In this document: one piece after another, positions 10,917 through 19,337 of the stretch
Layout: each line of letters begins with the position of its first letter
Numbering within the stretch: position 1 is the stretch's first letter
DNA from: an uncultured Fibrobacterota bacterium
GTDB lineage: Bacteria; Fibrobacterota; Chitinivibrionia; Chitinivibrionales; FEN-1185
Length of the DNA: 64,000 nucleotides
NCBI GenBank assembly: GCA_963753345.1
Contig: CAVWBU010000019.1
Span: 86,645-150,644 of the forward strand
Direction of reading: 5' to 3'
Program-made: the position numbers and the translations under genes
The notes under the pieces: generated by a model
The model's database searches: none
What the model was told of the DNA's origin: nothing
The model's input: only the letters and a program-made list of their open reading frames with translations

Positions 10917-11334
10917 TGTCCGGGCCCCCGACCCTTCGAAAGGCTCAGGGTGACAGGCAATCGTTTTTACTCCGGCAACTAAATATGATTAAACAAAACT
11001 TGTTTCCCAGAGCGAAAAGGATATGATGTTTATCTGTATTCTAATGCCGGAGTAATAATATCAGGGGAATTTACAAAGAGGGCTTCTACCCTTCTGCCCC
11101 GCGCCAGGCAGCATCCCGCCTAACGAGCGCAAACAGTTATTATCATCAGTCAACTACGTTCTCGCGCCAATGGGCATCCGCTGCAAATCAGACAAGATTC
11201 TATTGGGCAAAAATTATAGGGATTCGCAGACGCGGCTGCTCCTGTAGGGTTGTATGCCTTAGTAGTCGTGGTGCTTCGCGAAGTTTATCCCGAGCTCTGA
11301 CGAGGGGCTCGCAATGACACTTTGTTTTATCTTG

Positions 11335-11358
11335 CTGTCAACCGTCAACTTTCAACTC
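11335..11358. repeat. TCAAC short tandem repeat (ctgtcaaccgtcaactttcaactc)
   Basis: Read directly. Same motif family as 7807-7842. Confidence 0.55.
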
Positions 11359-11525
11359 TTCTTCTCGGTGCCTCCGCAGCCGAGGCGTCTTGCTTGCAGA
11401 TGAACTGCCTGGGGGGCCACCCACGAGGGGGACACTTCCCCCGCCTGAGTATTTGCGCCTTGAAGTAAGCAGCTAGAAATCCGCCACCGGCCTCATAGTT
11501 TTTGGGTTATATTTGTGGTTATCCC

Positions 11526-12593
11526 ATGAAACCAAAAAGACTTGTCTTTATCCTATTAATCGTCTCGCTGGCCGCCGGCCAGGTCCCGGTGTCGGGACTC
11601 TCCGCCTATTACCCTTTTAACGGCACCGCAAACGATTCCACCGGCAACGCCCTCAACGACGGCAAGCTTTTTTCGGCAACCGCAACGCCGTATGTTCCGG
11701 GACGATGGGGCCAGGGCCTTGCCTGCAATTTCGCCGACAACATCGCGGGCGCCTGCGGCTATGTTGTGGTCCCCAACAAGTCGGCGTGGAATTTGCCGCG
11801 CGACACCGCCGCCATAAGCCTCTGGTACGATGCAGGCGCATGCGTCAAGACAACCTCGGCTCCGCAGTGCATTCTCGACTGTCACGGCCACTCGAACACG
11901 GGCATGCGCCGCGAGGTGATGCTATATCTTGCCGCCGTGCCGGACACGGGCGGGATCTATCGCGCCGCGCTGTCGGCACAGGCCATTGTAAGCAACGACG
12001 TCGACACCCAGTTTGTCGCGCTTGCCTGCACGCTGTCGTATGCGGGCTGGCACAATGCGACCATTACCTGGGTAAAGCCCGTGTTCTCGTTTTACGTTGA
12101 CGGTGTGAGGGCCGGAACGGTAACGCCGGGTCTGAGCGGAGCAAAGCTGTCGACGAACAACAAGACAACGTATTTCGGGACCGACATCTGGACCGCCTCG
12201 CAATGTTTCTGCGGCCTGCTCGACGACGTGCGGCTGTACAACCGCGAAGTTTCCGATTCGGAAATCGTTCTTCTCGCGGCGGAGGGCACACCGGTGGTGG
12301 CACGGGCGCGTCCACGTGTAGCCACGGGTTTTTCGGTGACCGTCCGGAAGCTCGCGGCGTCTCGGGCGTACCGGATTGAAGCTTCGTTCCCGGCCGCATG
12401 CGTCGAAATCTACGATATCAACGGCCGTTGCCTCCGGCGCCTCGTGCCGCGGGACCGGGGCGCTGCCGTCTTCATCTGGGATGGCGCTTTACAGAATGGA
12501 ACAGCCGCCGCCGAGGGCATGTATTTTGTGAAGGCGTCCGCCCCGCACGTCGGGACGCGCACCGCCGCGTTTGTTTGCGCCCGTTGCCGCTGA
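11526..12593 (+). CDS. secreted LamG/concanavalin-A-like lectin domain protein with T9SS-type C-terminal domain
   Basis: The ATG at 11526 gives MKPKRLVFILLIVSLAAGQ. LamG_3-like YYPFNGTANDSTGNALNDG ... LDDVRLYNREVSDSEI. The tail is VEIYDINGRCLRRL...GMYFVKASAP. Confidence 0.75.
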   Translation: MKPKRLVFILLIVSLAAGQVPVSGLSAYYPFNGTANDSTGNALNDGKLFSATATPYVPGRWGQGLACNFADNIAGACGYVVVPNKSAWNLPRDTAAISLWYDAGACVKTTSAPQCILDCHGHSNTGMRREVMLYLAAVPDTGGIYRAALSAQAIVSNDVDTQFVALACTLSYAGWHNATITWVKPVFSFYVDGVRAGTVTPGLSGAKLSTNNKTTYFGTDIWTASQCFCGLLDDVRLYNREVSDSEIVLLAAEGTPVVARARPRVATGFSVTVRKLAASRAYRIEASFPAACVEIYDINGRCLRRLVPRDRGAAVFIWDGALQNGTAAAEGMYFVKASAPHVGTRTAAFVCARCR

Positions 12594-12691
12594 TGTTCCG
12601 TCCCTGAACGTGGAGGGCACGCGCCGCGACCCTCCGCGTGAAAAGAGCGGAGCTTCTCCTGCGTCCTATCGGCGACCTGTCCTACAAAATC

Positions 12692-13141
12692 CTACGAACC
12701 CATTTCTTTCACGGTAATAACTGATCCATCGATCGTTGCCGCGAACTGGGCCAAATCCCTGGTGGCCGGACCATGCGTCACTTTCCCGGCCGCGTCGAAT
12801 TTCGAGTGGTGACAGTGGCACTCGATAACGTTATTTGCCGGAAGCGGGACTTCGCATCCGAAATGCGTGCATTTCGACGAAAAGGCCGCGACGCTCGTTT
12901 CGGACAACCTGCTCACGATGATGGGCTTCTTCTTGTCTTTGGGATCGGGGATCTTTACCGCTCCGCCGGCCTGTGCGAGCGCGGCGTATTCCGGCTTGGT
13001 AACATCAAGCATGATCGGCGCCATGGGCGCCTTCTTGGCCTCCGCCTCGAACCCGAGAACCGGAGAAACAATCGCCGCTGCAATCGCTGTCTTCCCGACA
13101 TCCGCGAGAAACTCACGTCTAGTCACCTTGTCGCTTTCCAT
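12692..13141 (-). CDS. Tat-exported Rieske [2Fe-2S] protein
   Basis: AAGGAGG precedes the ATG at 13141. Twin-arginine signal TRREFLADVGKTAIAAA. Rieske ligands CTHFGC ... CHCHHSKF. Confidence 0.8.
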   Translation of the reverse strand: MESDKVTRREFLADVGKTAIAAAIVSPVLGFEAEAKKAPMAPIMLDVTKPEYAALAQAGGAVKIPDPKDKKKPIIVSRLSETSVAAFSSKCTHFGCEVPLPANNVIECHCHHSKFDAAGKVTHGPATRDLAQFAATIDGSVITVKEMGS

Positions 13142-13420
13142 GGGACCTCCTTTTGGTTGCAGGTAAAATACATCAATAGGCATGCCAGGTTTGCGGCGGG
13201 CGAAGCGTTGATGCTCATGACAGCGGCATCGGACAAAAGGATGTCTGCTTTGTCTTGCCCAATTCCCTCATTCTCACAAATATTCTCAAAACCGAAAATG
13301 TTCAACGGCAATTCCACGATATTCCATTATGTTGCCCCTTGCCGGGGTTTGGTATCGCTTTGGAATGACACTTGCTATCTATCCTGAGTTAGCATGACCA
13401 AACACACAAAGGAGGATCGC

Positions 13421-14029
13421 ATGTGGAAACGCGGCATAGCGGGTAGTATCGGCGTCGCGGCAATGGTGGGAGTGTTGTCCGTATTCGCGAGTGTCAATGC
13501 CCAGAACAATTACCTGGGCGAAATAAAAATGTTTGCAGGCACCTTTGCTCCCGTTGGCTGGGCTTTGTGCAACGGCCAGCTCCTGCCGATAAGCCAGAAT
13601 ACGGCGTTGTTTAACCTGCTCGGCACTACCTATGGCGGCAACGGCACGACCACCTTCGCGCTGCCGGACCTTCGCGGGAGGTTCCCTATGCATTTTGGAA
13701 CCGGAACCAATCTCACTCAAAGAAATCTTGGTGACGTGGGTGGCGCGGAAACGGTAACGCTTACGGAGGCGCAGATGCCCGCTCATACCCACACCGCTGC
13801 CGTCGGTGTCGATTCCACGGTGGCCTCCACGGACAGCCCGCAAAGGGCGCTGCCGGCGCGCAATGCCTCCGCGACTCCGGCCTACGGAAAGTCAAGCAAC
13901 GCGACCATGGCATCCACGGCCGTCGTGGTGGGCACTGCGGGCGGCGGTCAGCCGCACCCGAACATGCCGCCGTTTGAATGCGTCAACTTCATCATCGCGC
14001 TCACGGGTATTTATCCGTCCCAGAACTAG
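13421..14029 (+). CDS. secreted phage-tail-collar domain protein (MdpB-like)
   Basis: AGGAGG precedes the ATG at 13421. Signal peptide, then YLGEIKMFAGTFAPVGWALCNGQLLPISQNTALFNLLGTTYGGNGTTTFALPDLRGRFPMH and C-terminal GGGQPHPNMPPFECVNFIIALTGIYPS. Confidence 0.8.
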   Translation: MWKRGIAGSIGVAAMVGVLSVFASVNAQNNYLGEIKMFAGTFAPVGWALCNGQLLPISQNTALFNLLGTTYGGNGTTTFALPDLRGRFPMHFGTGTNLTQRNLGDVGGAETVTLTEAQMPAHTHTAAVGVDSTVASTDSPQRALPARNASATPAYGKSSNATMASTAVVVGTAGGGQPHPNMPPFECVNFIIALTGIYPSQN

Positions 14030-14077
14030 AAACGGGGCAAGCGGCAGGGCTGCCGCGCACACCGAAAGGAGCCCGCA

Positions 14078-15256
14078 ATGACCAGAGGGAATAGAATGCT
14101 GTGTCGTGTAGTGCTGATGCTGGGAGCAATGGTTGCGCTTGTCGCTGAGGCGTCCGCCTCCACGCTGTACTGGATAGAAGCATCCTTCGCCTCGCCAAGG
14201 CTCGTGATGGCTGACGCCTCGGGCACAGGGCAGAACACGCTTGCGCTCGCTCCGCAATCCCTGCCCCAGGCGGTGGCGGTGAGTACGAGCCTCGGGAGAG
14301 TGTTTGTCACCGAACTTGCATTCCTCAACGCGCATGTCAAGTACATCCAGACCGGCTTTGCCGATTCGGGCGCACTCATATCTCTTCAATCGTGCCTGCG
14401 CGGGATTGCGGTTGACTCCACCAACAGGAAGCTCTACTGGACAAGCACCAATCTTGTTGCCGGCCCGGCCGTCTACCGGGCGAATCTTGACGGATCGTCG
14501 GCCGAGGTGCTTCAGACCTTCGGTGCGGGCGCCGCACACGCACCGTTCGGCATTGCAGTAATCGAATCGTCCCAGACCATGTACTGGGCCGATTTTGATG
14601 CCGGCGCAATTGTTCGTGCGCAAACCACCGTCTCGGCGGTGCCACAAACGGTTGTCGCCGGACTTTCCGGGCCCGTGGGCGTAGCGATTGCCCCGGACAG
14701 CGGAGCGCTGTTCTGGACGGATGCGAATACGGGTGCCATCGGAAGGGCCGGGCTCGACGGGTCGGGTGCAAGAACCATTGTTTCTGGCCTTGCCAATCCG
14801 CAGTATCTGGCGGTCGATCGCGCTTCGGGCCGCATCTACTGGACGGAGTTCGGCGCTTTGCTGGTGCGCTCGGCCAGGCTTGACGGATCGGACACCGTTA
14901 CGGTCGCGGCCACCGCGTATCCCCCGGTGGGCATTGCCGTGGTGAGCGGGCTTGCAGTGGCGGTGCGACCGGCCGCGCCGCTCGGAGTTCCCCGAACATA
15001 TGCCATGGCTGCATCAACCTTGGCATCTCCGGTCCGTTCGATCCGTGTCCGTTACCAACTTCCGTTCGCAAGCCGTGTCAACCTGTCCGTTTCGGATCTG
15101 CGCGGTCGCCGCGTTGCCGGGCTGCCCGCCGCAGACAACAGTGCGGGTTCGTATGTTCGCGACATCAATACCGCCATGCTTGCAGCAGGCGTTTACTTCG
15201 TGCGGTTCACAGCCGGAACATTTGTGAGCACTGCGATGTGCACAATCGTGAAATAA
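14078..15256 (+). CDS. secreted YWTD (LDL-receptor class B-like) beta-propeller protein with T9SS-type C-terminal domain
   Basis: AAGGAG precedes the ATG. Signal peptide ...MVALVAEASAS. Repeated blades LYWIEA, LYWTSTN...YRANLDGS, MYWADFDAGAI, LFWTDANTGAIGRAGLDGS, IYWTEFG...ARLDGS. The tail is VNLSVSDLRGRRV...GVYFVRFTAGTFVSTAMCTIVK. Confidence 0.75.
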   Translation: MTRGNRMLCRVVLMLGAMVALVAEASASTLYWIEASFASPRLVMADASGTGQNTLALAPQSLPQAVAVSTSLGRVFVTELAFLNAHVKYIQTGFADSGALISLQSCLRGIAVDSTNRKLYWTSTNLVAGPAVYRANLDGSSAEVLQTFGAGAAHAPFGIAVIESSQTMYWADFDAGAIVRAQTTVSAVPQTVVAGLSGPVGVAIAPDSGALFWTDANTGAIGRAGLDGSGARTIVSGLANPQYLAVDRASGRIYWTEFGALLVRSARLDGSDTVTVAATAYPPVGIAVVSGLAVAVRPAAPLGVPRTYAMAASTLASPVRSIRVRYQLPFASRVNLSVSDLRGRRVAGLPAADNSAGSYVRDINTAMLAAGVYFVRFTAGTFVSTAMCTIVK

Positions 15257-15456
15257 CAAGCAAGGTACTTCTCTGAAAAGCGGCTGCTGTGTTTCCTGTG
15301 TCGAGGGAACGCACGGCCCTTTTTTCATGAGCCGTGGCTCCTCAAAAGTTTCAAAGGCGGGATGTATTTTTTGAACCGAGGAGGACGGCGCGCCATGCAT
15401 TGCTGCAAACGTTCTGATCGTGTCACTGTTTTCATTCGGAAATCTGGTGATTTGCT

Positions 15457-16494
15457 ATGAGCACGCGTGCATGGGACACGCGGCCAAGAAAAATCTGCAT
15501 TGTCCAGCTCGGCCGCATTGGAGATATGATCCTGATATCGCCGCTGTTCTCGGCGCTCAAGGCGGCAAACCCGCGCCACGAGCTGCACCTGCTTGCAGGA
15601 CGGAACAACTACATGGTTGCACAAGGCAATCCGTGCATCGACCGCATGCACGTGTACACCAAGCGGCCGTTGAGCACGCTGCGACTCCTGTCCCGGTTGC
15701 TCACCACCAGATTCGACGTGTGGCTCGATCCCAAGGAGCACAAGTCAAGCGAAAGCTCGATGTTCTGCCGCCTTGCGCGCGCGAAAATGAAAATCGGATT
15801 CAAGGGTGATAAGGTCTTTACCCATTCGGCATGCGAACAGGGAAAGGGCGGGGAGCATTATACGCTCCGCAGCCTGCGCAACCTTCGGTATCTCGGCATT
15901 GGAAACGCCTCGCCGAGGCCGTCGGTTCCGCCGAAGCCGGCGGAAGATGCTGCGTTTGCTGCGTTTCGTCAGCGTCAGGGCATTCACCGTTATGTGGCGG
16001 TGAACATATCCGCCTCCCAATCTGTGCGGTACTGGACAGACGACAAATGGGCTGAGCTTCTTTGCGCGCTCCCTCCGGACTGCGGCCCTACGGTGTTTCT
16101 GTCGAGCCCCGCCGACAGCGCCGTTGCGGAGGCGATGTCGCGCAGAGTGCCCGGCAGCCAGGTGTTCGGAACGCGGTCCGTTCTCGGGACCTTCCCTGTT
16201 GTCAAGAACGCCGCCGCTGTGCTCAGCGTGGACACGTGCATCGTGCACGTCGCGGCCGCGTTCAACGTGCCCGTGGTCGCCCTGTTTATCAACCAGCCTG
16301 AATTCTATGTCCAGTATCTGCCCCTGTCCGACGTGTACCGCGCCGTTTTATCGCCCGAACCGGGAGGCTGGGTAAATACGATCCCCCTTGTTGACGTAAG
16401 GGAAGCAGTGCATTCCCTGCTTGCGGAGATGGGCGTCCCCGGCGTGGAAGCTGGTGGGCGGCTCCCGCCGTCGGTCCTCAGAAACATGCAATAA
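15457..16494 (+). CDS. glycosyltransferase family 9 (heptosyltransferase-like)
   Basis: ICIVQLGRIGDMILISPLFSALK N-terminus and C-terminal VDTCIVHVAAAFNVPVVALF, typical of GT9. Confidence 0.75.
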   Translation: MSTRAWDTRPRKICIVQLGRIGDMILISPLFSALKAANPRHELHLLAGRNNYMVAQGNPCIDRMHVYTKRPLSTLRLLSRLLTTRFDVWLDPKEHKSSESSMFCRLARAKMKIGFKGDKVFTHSACEQGKGGEHYTLRSLRNLRYLGIGNASPRPSVPPKPAEDAAFAAFRQRQGIHRYVAVNISASQSVRYWTDDKWAELLCALPPDCGPTVFLSSPADSAVAEAMSRRVPGSQVFGTRSVLGTFPVVKNAAAVLSVDTCIVHVAAAFNVPVVALFINQPEFYVQYLPLSDVYRAVLSPEPGGWVNTIPLVDVREAVHSLLAEMGVPGVEAGGRLPPSVLRNMQ

Positions 16495-16528
16495 TCCTTC
16501 AGCCTTTTCCGTCTTCAACGGTGCAGCC

Positions 16529-17077
16529 ATGGAAACGCTCAACAACAGGATTGCCGCTTTCATACGGGAGGAGCGTTCCGCGCTGGTGGGCTACGTGCGC
16601 GCACTCATCGGCGATGCGGCAGACCGGGACGGAGAAGACATCGTGCAGGACGTGATGACGGGCATTCTTGAGCAGGCCGACCCGCTCCTGCCGCTGCGCA
16701 GTGTGTCGGCCTATGTGTATCAGTCGATCCGCAACAGGGTTGTCGACGCTTTCAGGAGCAGAAGGAAAACCATACCTCTTGACGGAGGAGACGGCGAAGA
16801 CGTGGAACTGTCGCTTTCCGAAACGCTGCATGATGCGCGGTTCGACACCGGAGCAGAAGTCGCCAACGGTGAATTGCGGGAGCTGCTGGTCGCGGCCATG
16901 GACCGGTTGAGCGAAGGGGAACGTGAAATCGTGATCGCCACCGAGCTCGAAGGCTTTACGTTCAGGGAATTGTCGGAACTGTGGGAGGTGCCCCTGGGGA
17001 CGCTTCTTGCCCAGAAGTCACGGGCGCTGGCAAAACTCAAGGAATCTATTCGGCTGCAGGAATACAGAAACCAATAA
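16529..17077 (+). CDS. sigma-70 family (ECF-type) RNA polymerase sigma factor
   Basis: Start moved to the ATG at 16529 (METLNN). Region 2-like DIVQDVMTGILE...YVYQSIRNRVVDAFR. Region 4 HTH ELEGFTFRELSELWEVPLGTLLAQKSRALAKLK. Confidence 0.8.
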   Translation: METLNNRIAAFIREERSALVGYVRALIGDAADRDGEDIVQDVMTGILEQADPLLPLRSVSAYVYQSIRNRVVDAFRSRRKTIPLDGGDGEDVELSLSETLHDARFDTGAEVANGELRELLVAAMDRLSEGEREIVIATELEGFTFRELSELWEVPLGTLLAQKSRALAKLKESIRLQEYRNQ

Positions 17078-17092
17078 ACAGGGGAGGAATCC

Positions 17093-17527
17093 ATGGAAAA
17101 CAGTTTTGAACACGGCTATCCGCATTTCCCGCCGCACAGGATGTGGGGGCCGGCGCGGATCGTCGGGCTAGTCATCGCAGGCGTTGTCGCGGCCGTCCTG
17201 TTCGCGCTTCTGTTCGGATGGCTTGTCTTTCTTTTGTGGAACTGGCTCATGCCCGTGCTGTTCGGGCTCAAGGCGGTCACCTACTGGCAGGCGTTCGGCA
17301 TCGTATTGCTTGCCAAGCTGCTGTTCGGTGGCGTCGGCTCAGGCCGCGGATGGCATCATGGAAAGCCGCGCTGGATGCGCCGCCGGGATTATGCAGGGAA
17401 CAACGACTGGCGCGTTCATGGGTCGTACAGGGACTGGCGGTACTTCGACGAATACTGGAAGGACGAAGGAAAGGCCGCGTTCGAAGCATATATCGGCCGG
17501 ATGCAGCAGAAAAAAGAAGGTGAGTAG
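17093..17527 (+). CDS. membrane protein downstream of the sigma factor (possible cognate partner)
   Basis: GGGGAGGA precedes the ATG, 15 nt after the sigma-factor stop. Two TM helices (IVGLVIAGVVAAVLFALLFGWLVFLLWNWLMPVLFGL, WQAFGIVLLAKLLFGG) and a Trp/Arg-rich tail. Confidence 0.6.
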   Translation: MENSFEHGYPHFPPHRMWGPARIVGLVIAGVVAAVLFALLFGWLVFLLWNWLMPVLFGLKAVTYWQAFGIVLLAKLLFGGVGSGRGWHHGKPRWMRRRDYAGNNDWRVHGSYRDWRYFDEYWKDEGKAAFEAYIGRMQQKKEGE

Positions 17528-17579
17528 TAAAGTGTTTTGGTGGGGGAAGTACAGTCTGTCTTAAAAGTCAAGGCAAGAC

Positions 17580-17762
17580 TTGGGCGCCCCGCCGCTTTGC
17601 GGCGGCGGCCGTCCTTCCGGTCCACCGCTTCGGGTGCTTCCAAGGGTCGTCGGCCTTGGGCCTCGGGCTGCCTGCCACGAGGGCCCTGCGGGCCGTGGTC
17701 AGGGCGCATCCCGCTGTCGCGGGACCATCTTTCCAGTCCTGCCTGGCGCTTGGCAGCGGGAA
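17580..17762 (-). repeat. intergenic repeat family 1, reverse-orientation copy
   Basis: The reverse complement reads ...CCAGGCAGGACTGGAAAGATGGTCCCGCGACAGCGGGATGC...GACCACGGCCCGCAGGGCCCTCGTGGCAGGC...GACCGGAAGGACGGCC...GCAAAGCGGCGGGGCGCCCAAG. Closest to the copy at 50635-50833. Confidence 0.8.
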
Positions 17763-17861
17763 TACTGCACAATCCACACGCTTGACAAATTGGCAACTTC
17801 TTGTTCTGTTTTTTAAGAATTCAACATGGCGCAAGTATTTCTGCTTGACAGAACATATTTC

Positions 17862-18022
17862 TGTTGCCGCGCGTTAGGTGGACCGCAGGGCGCGCTAGAG
17901 CGCGTTGCCGGCCGACCCGGCCGCTAGGCATAGGGCGGACCGGCAACGAGGCGAACAGCCGAGCCCGGAGGGAGACCGACCCGACCCCGAGCGAAGTGAG
18001 GGGGAGGGGAACGCCAAAATCT
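17862..18022 (+). repeat. intergenic repeat family 1, forward copy (inverted pair with 17580-17762)
   Basis: ctgttgccGCGCGTTAGGtGGACcGcAGG ... GAGCCCGGAGGGAGACCGACCC ... GGGGAACGCCAAAATC. Confidence 0.8.
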
Positions 18023-18044
18023 TTTAGTTAATATATTAATTTGC

Positions 18045-18350
18045 TTAGCAGCAGCTCCCAGAATCACCGCCGCAATCGCAGGTGCCTTTATCAGGGTCGC
18101 CCTTGGTCACAAGGCCGTTGATCATGGCGACCGCGCAACCGACCCCATTTTTTACAGACAGCGCGCCAAAGGAGCAGTTCTGAGAGCAAGCGCCGCATTC
18201 CATGCAGTTGTCAAGCGCCACGATTTGAGCACGATGATCGTGAATTTCAAAAACGCCGTGAGGACAGACTTCCACACAACGTCCGCAACCGGTGCAGTTC
18301 TCTACGGTAAGTTTCAAGGTCGATACGCCTGCTATATACGAATATTTCAT
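18045..18350 (-). CDS. hgcB: mercury-methylation ferredoxin HgcB
   Basis: 101 aa. Two CX2CX2CX3C motifs (CTGCGRCVEVCP, CMECGACSQNCS), the conserved internal GVGCAVA Cys, and a C-terminal vicinal pair ...DCGGDSGSCC. The start codon overlaps the hgcA stop (ATGA). GGAGG lies upstream. Confidence 0.85.
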   Translation of the reverse strand: MKYSYIAGVSTLKLTVENCTGCGRCVEVCPHGVFEIHDHRAQIVALDNCMECGACSQNCSFGALSVKNGVGCAVAMINGLVTKGDPDKGTCDCGGDSGSCC

Positions 18351-19337
18351 ACAATCCTCCAGACGTGAATGATTACCATGATGAGCAATAGTGCGGAAAT
18401 TCCTGCACTCGCGAGGTAGAGCGGCCAGGCGATTTTCAACTCCACTTTAACGCCCGAAGGTGACGTATAGGTGCTGCTGCCAGTGAACAAAAACGCCAGG
18501 TACGAGCTGAACGCGGGCACAGAAACCAGGTTGAATGCTGTCAAGAATGGCGTGCTTCGACAAATTGGCGACAGAAAAATGATTGCAATTGCACCAGTCA
18601 GGCCGGTAACGAATCCCTTGAGCGAAAATGACCGGCCCGGAATGAAAGGCAGCAGCAGCGGCGAAAGGATCGTGCCGGTGAAAAGAGCGGTCAGTCCCGC
18701 TATGACGAGAGGCACAACACCCGATAGCGCTTGACGGTAAATAATACCGGTGCGTGTCATGCCAAATAGAACAGCGGCAAAGAGTAAAAAGAGCCCTACT
18801 TTTTCGAATGCGGGGAATCGTCTCCATGGGAACAAGTTTTGCACGATCAACGATTGAAAACCGCACCCGCCGCATCGCAGGACTCACGGTGCAGTTATTG
18901 TCAAGAAATGCCGGTATATCCGATGCGCGCACCGGGCCGAATTTTACCGAAAAGCCGCCGCAGGCCTTTTGCAGCTTTGATGCGGAAACACCGGATGCGC
19001 TCAGTTGCGGCAGAATGAGAGTTCGGTGTGAAATTATTGATGTAAGATTGCATGCCGAAAGCTGTTTGACTATTTCATTGGTGCAAAATGTGCCTTTTCC
19101 TGCGGCGCACCACACGTTGATGCCCTTTGTGTCAAGCACAAGGATCCAGGCGTTCCTTCCTGTCAATGAACTGCGCAATATGTTGAAGCTGAGACGGTAG
19201 TTGGCAGAAACGAACACCGGATCCGATTCCTTCGGGTCTCCGAGCGCGTAGAGGCCGGGATCAACGCGGTACCGCATGCGGAAGCGGTTGCTGAGGCGGC
19301 ACATGATCGCGCCGAATTTGTCGGCAAACGAAAGCAT
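18347..19337 (-). pseudogene. hgcA: mercury-methylation corrinoid protein HgcA, interrupted by an apparent +1 frame break between the corrinoid and transmembrane domains
   Basis: Frame A (19337 downward): ...[11 protein letters not shown]...PVFVSANYRLSFNILR...LVLDTKGINVWCAAGKGTF...RRVRFSIVDRAKLVPMETI, then non-protein-like sequence. Frame B (A+1, open from 18883) carries the multi-helix membrane domain ...PAFEKVGLFLLFAAVLFG...LLPFIPGRSFSLKGF...FTGSSTYTSPSGV...IIHVWRIV. Removing one base from the G4 run (18812-18815, C4 on the coding strand) or the adjacent T5 run (18800-18804) restores LVPMETIPAFEKVGLFLLF. Confidence 0.85.

Noticed and set aside
13421-14029. The phage-tail-collar domain as evidence of a prophage.
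   Set aside because: It is a single gene with a Sec signal peptide. There are no capsid, terminase, portal, tail-tube, integrase or lysis genes nearby. Stand-alone MdpB-like proteins are common in bacterial chromosomes.
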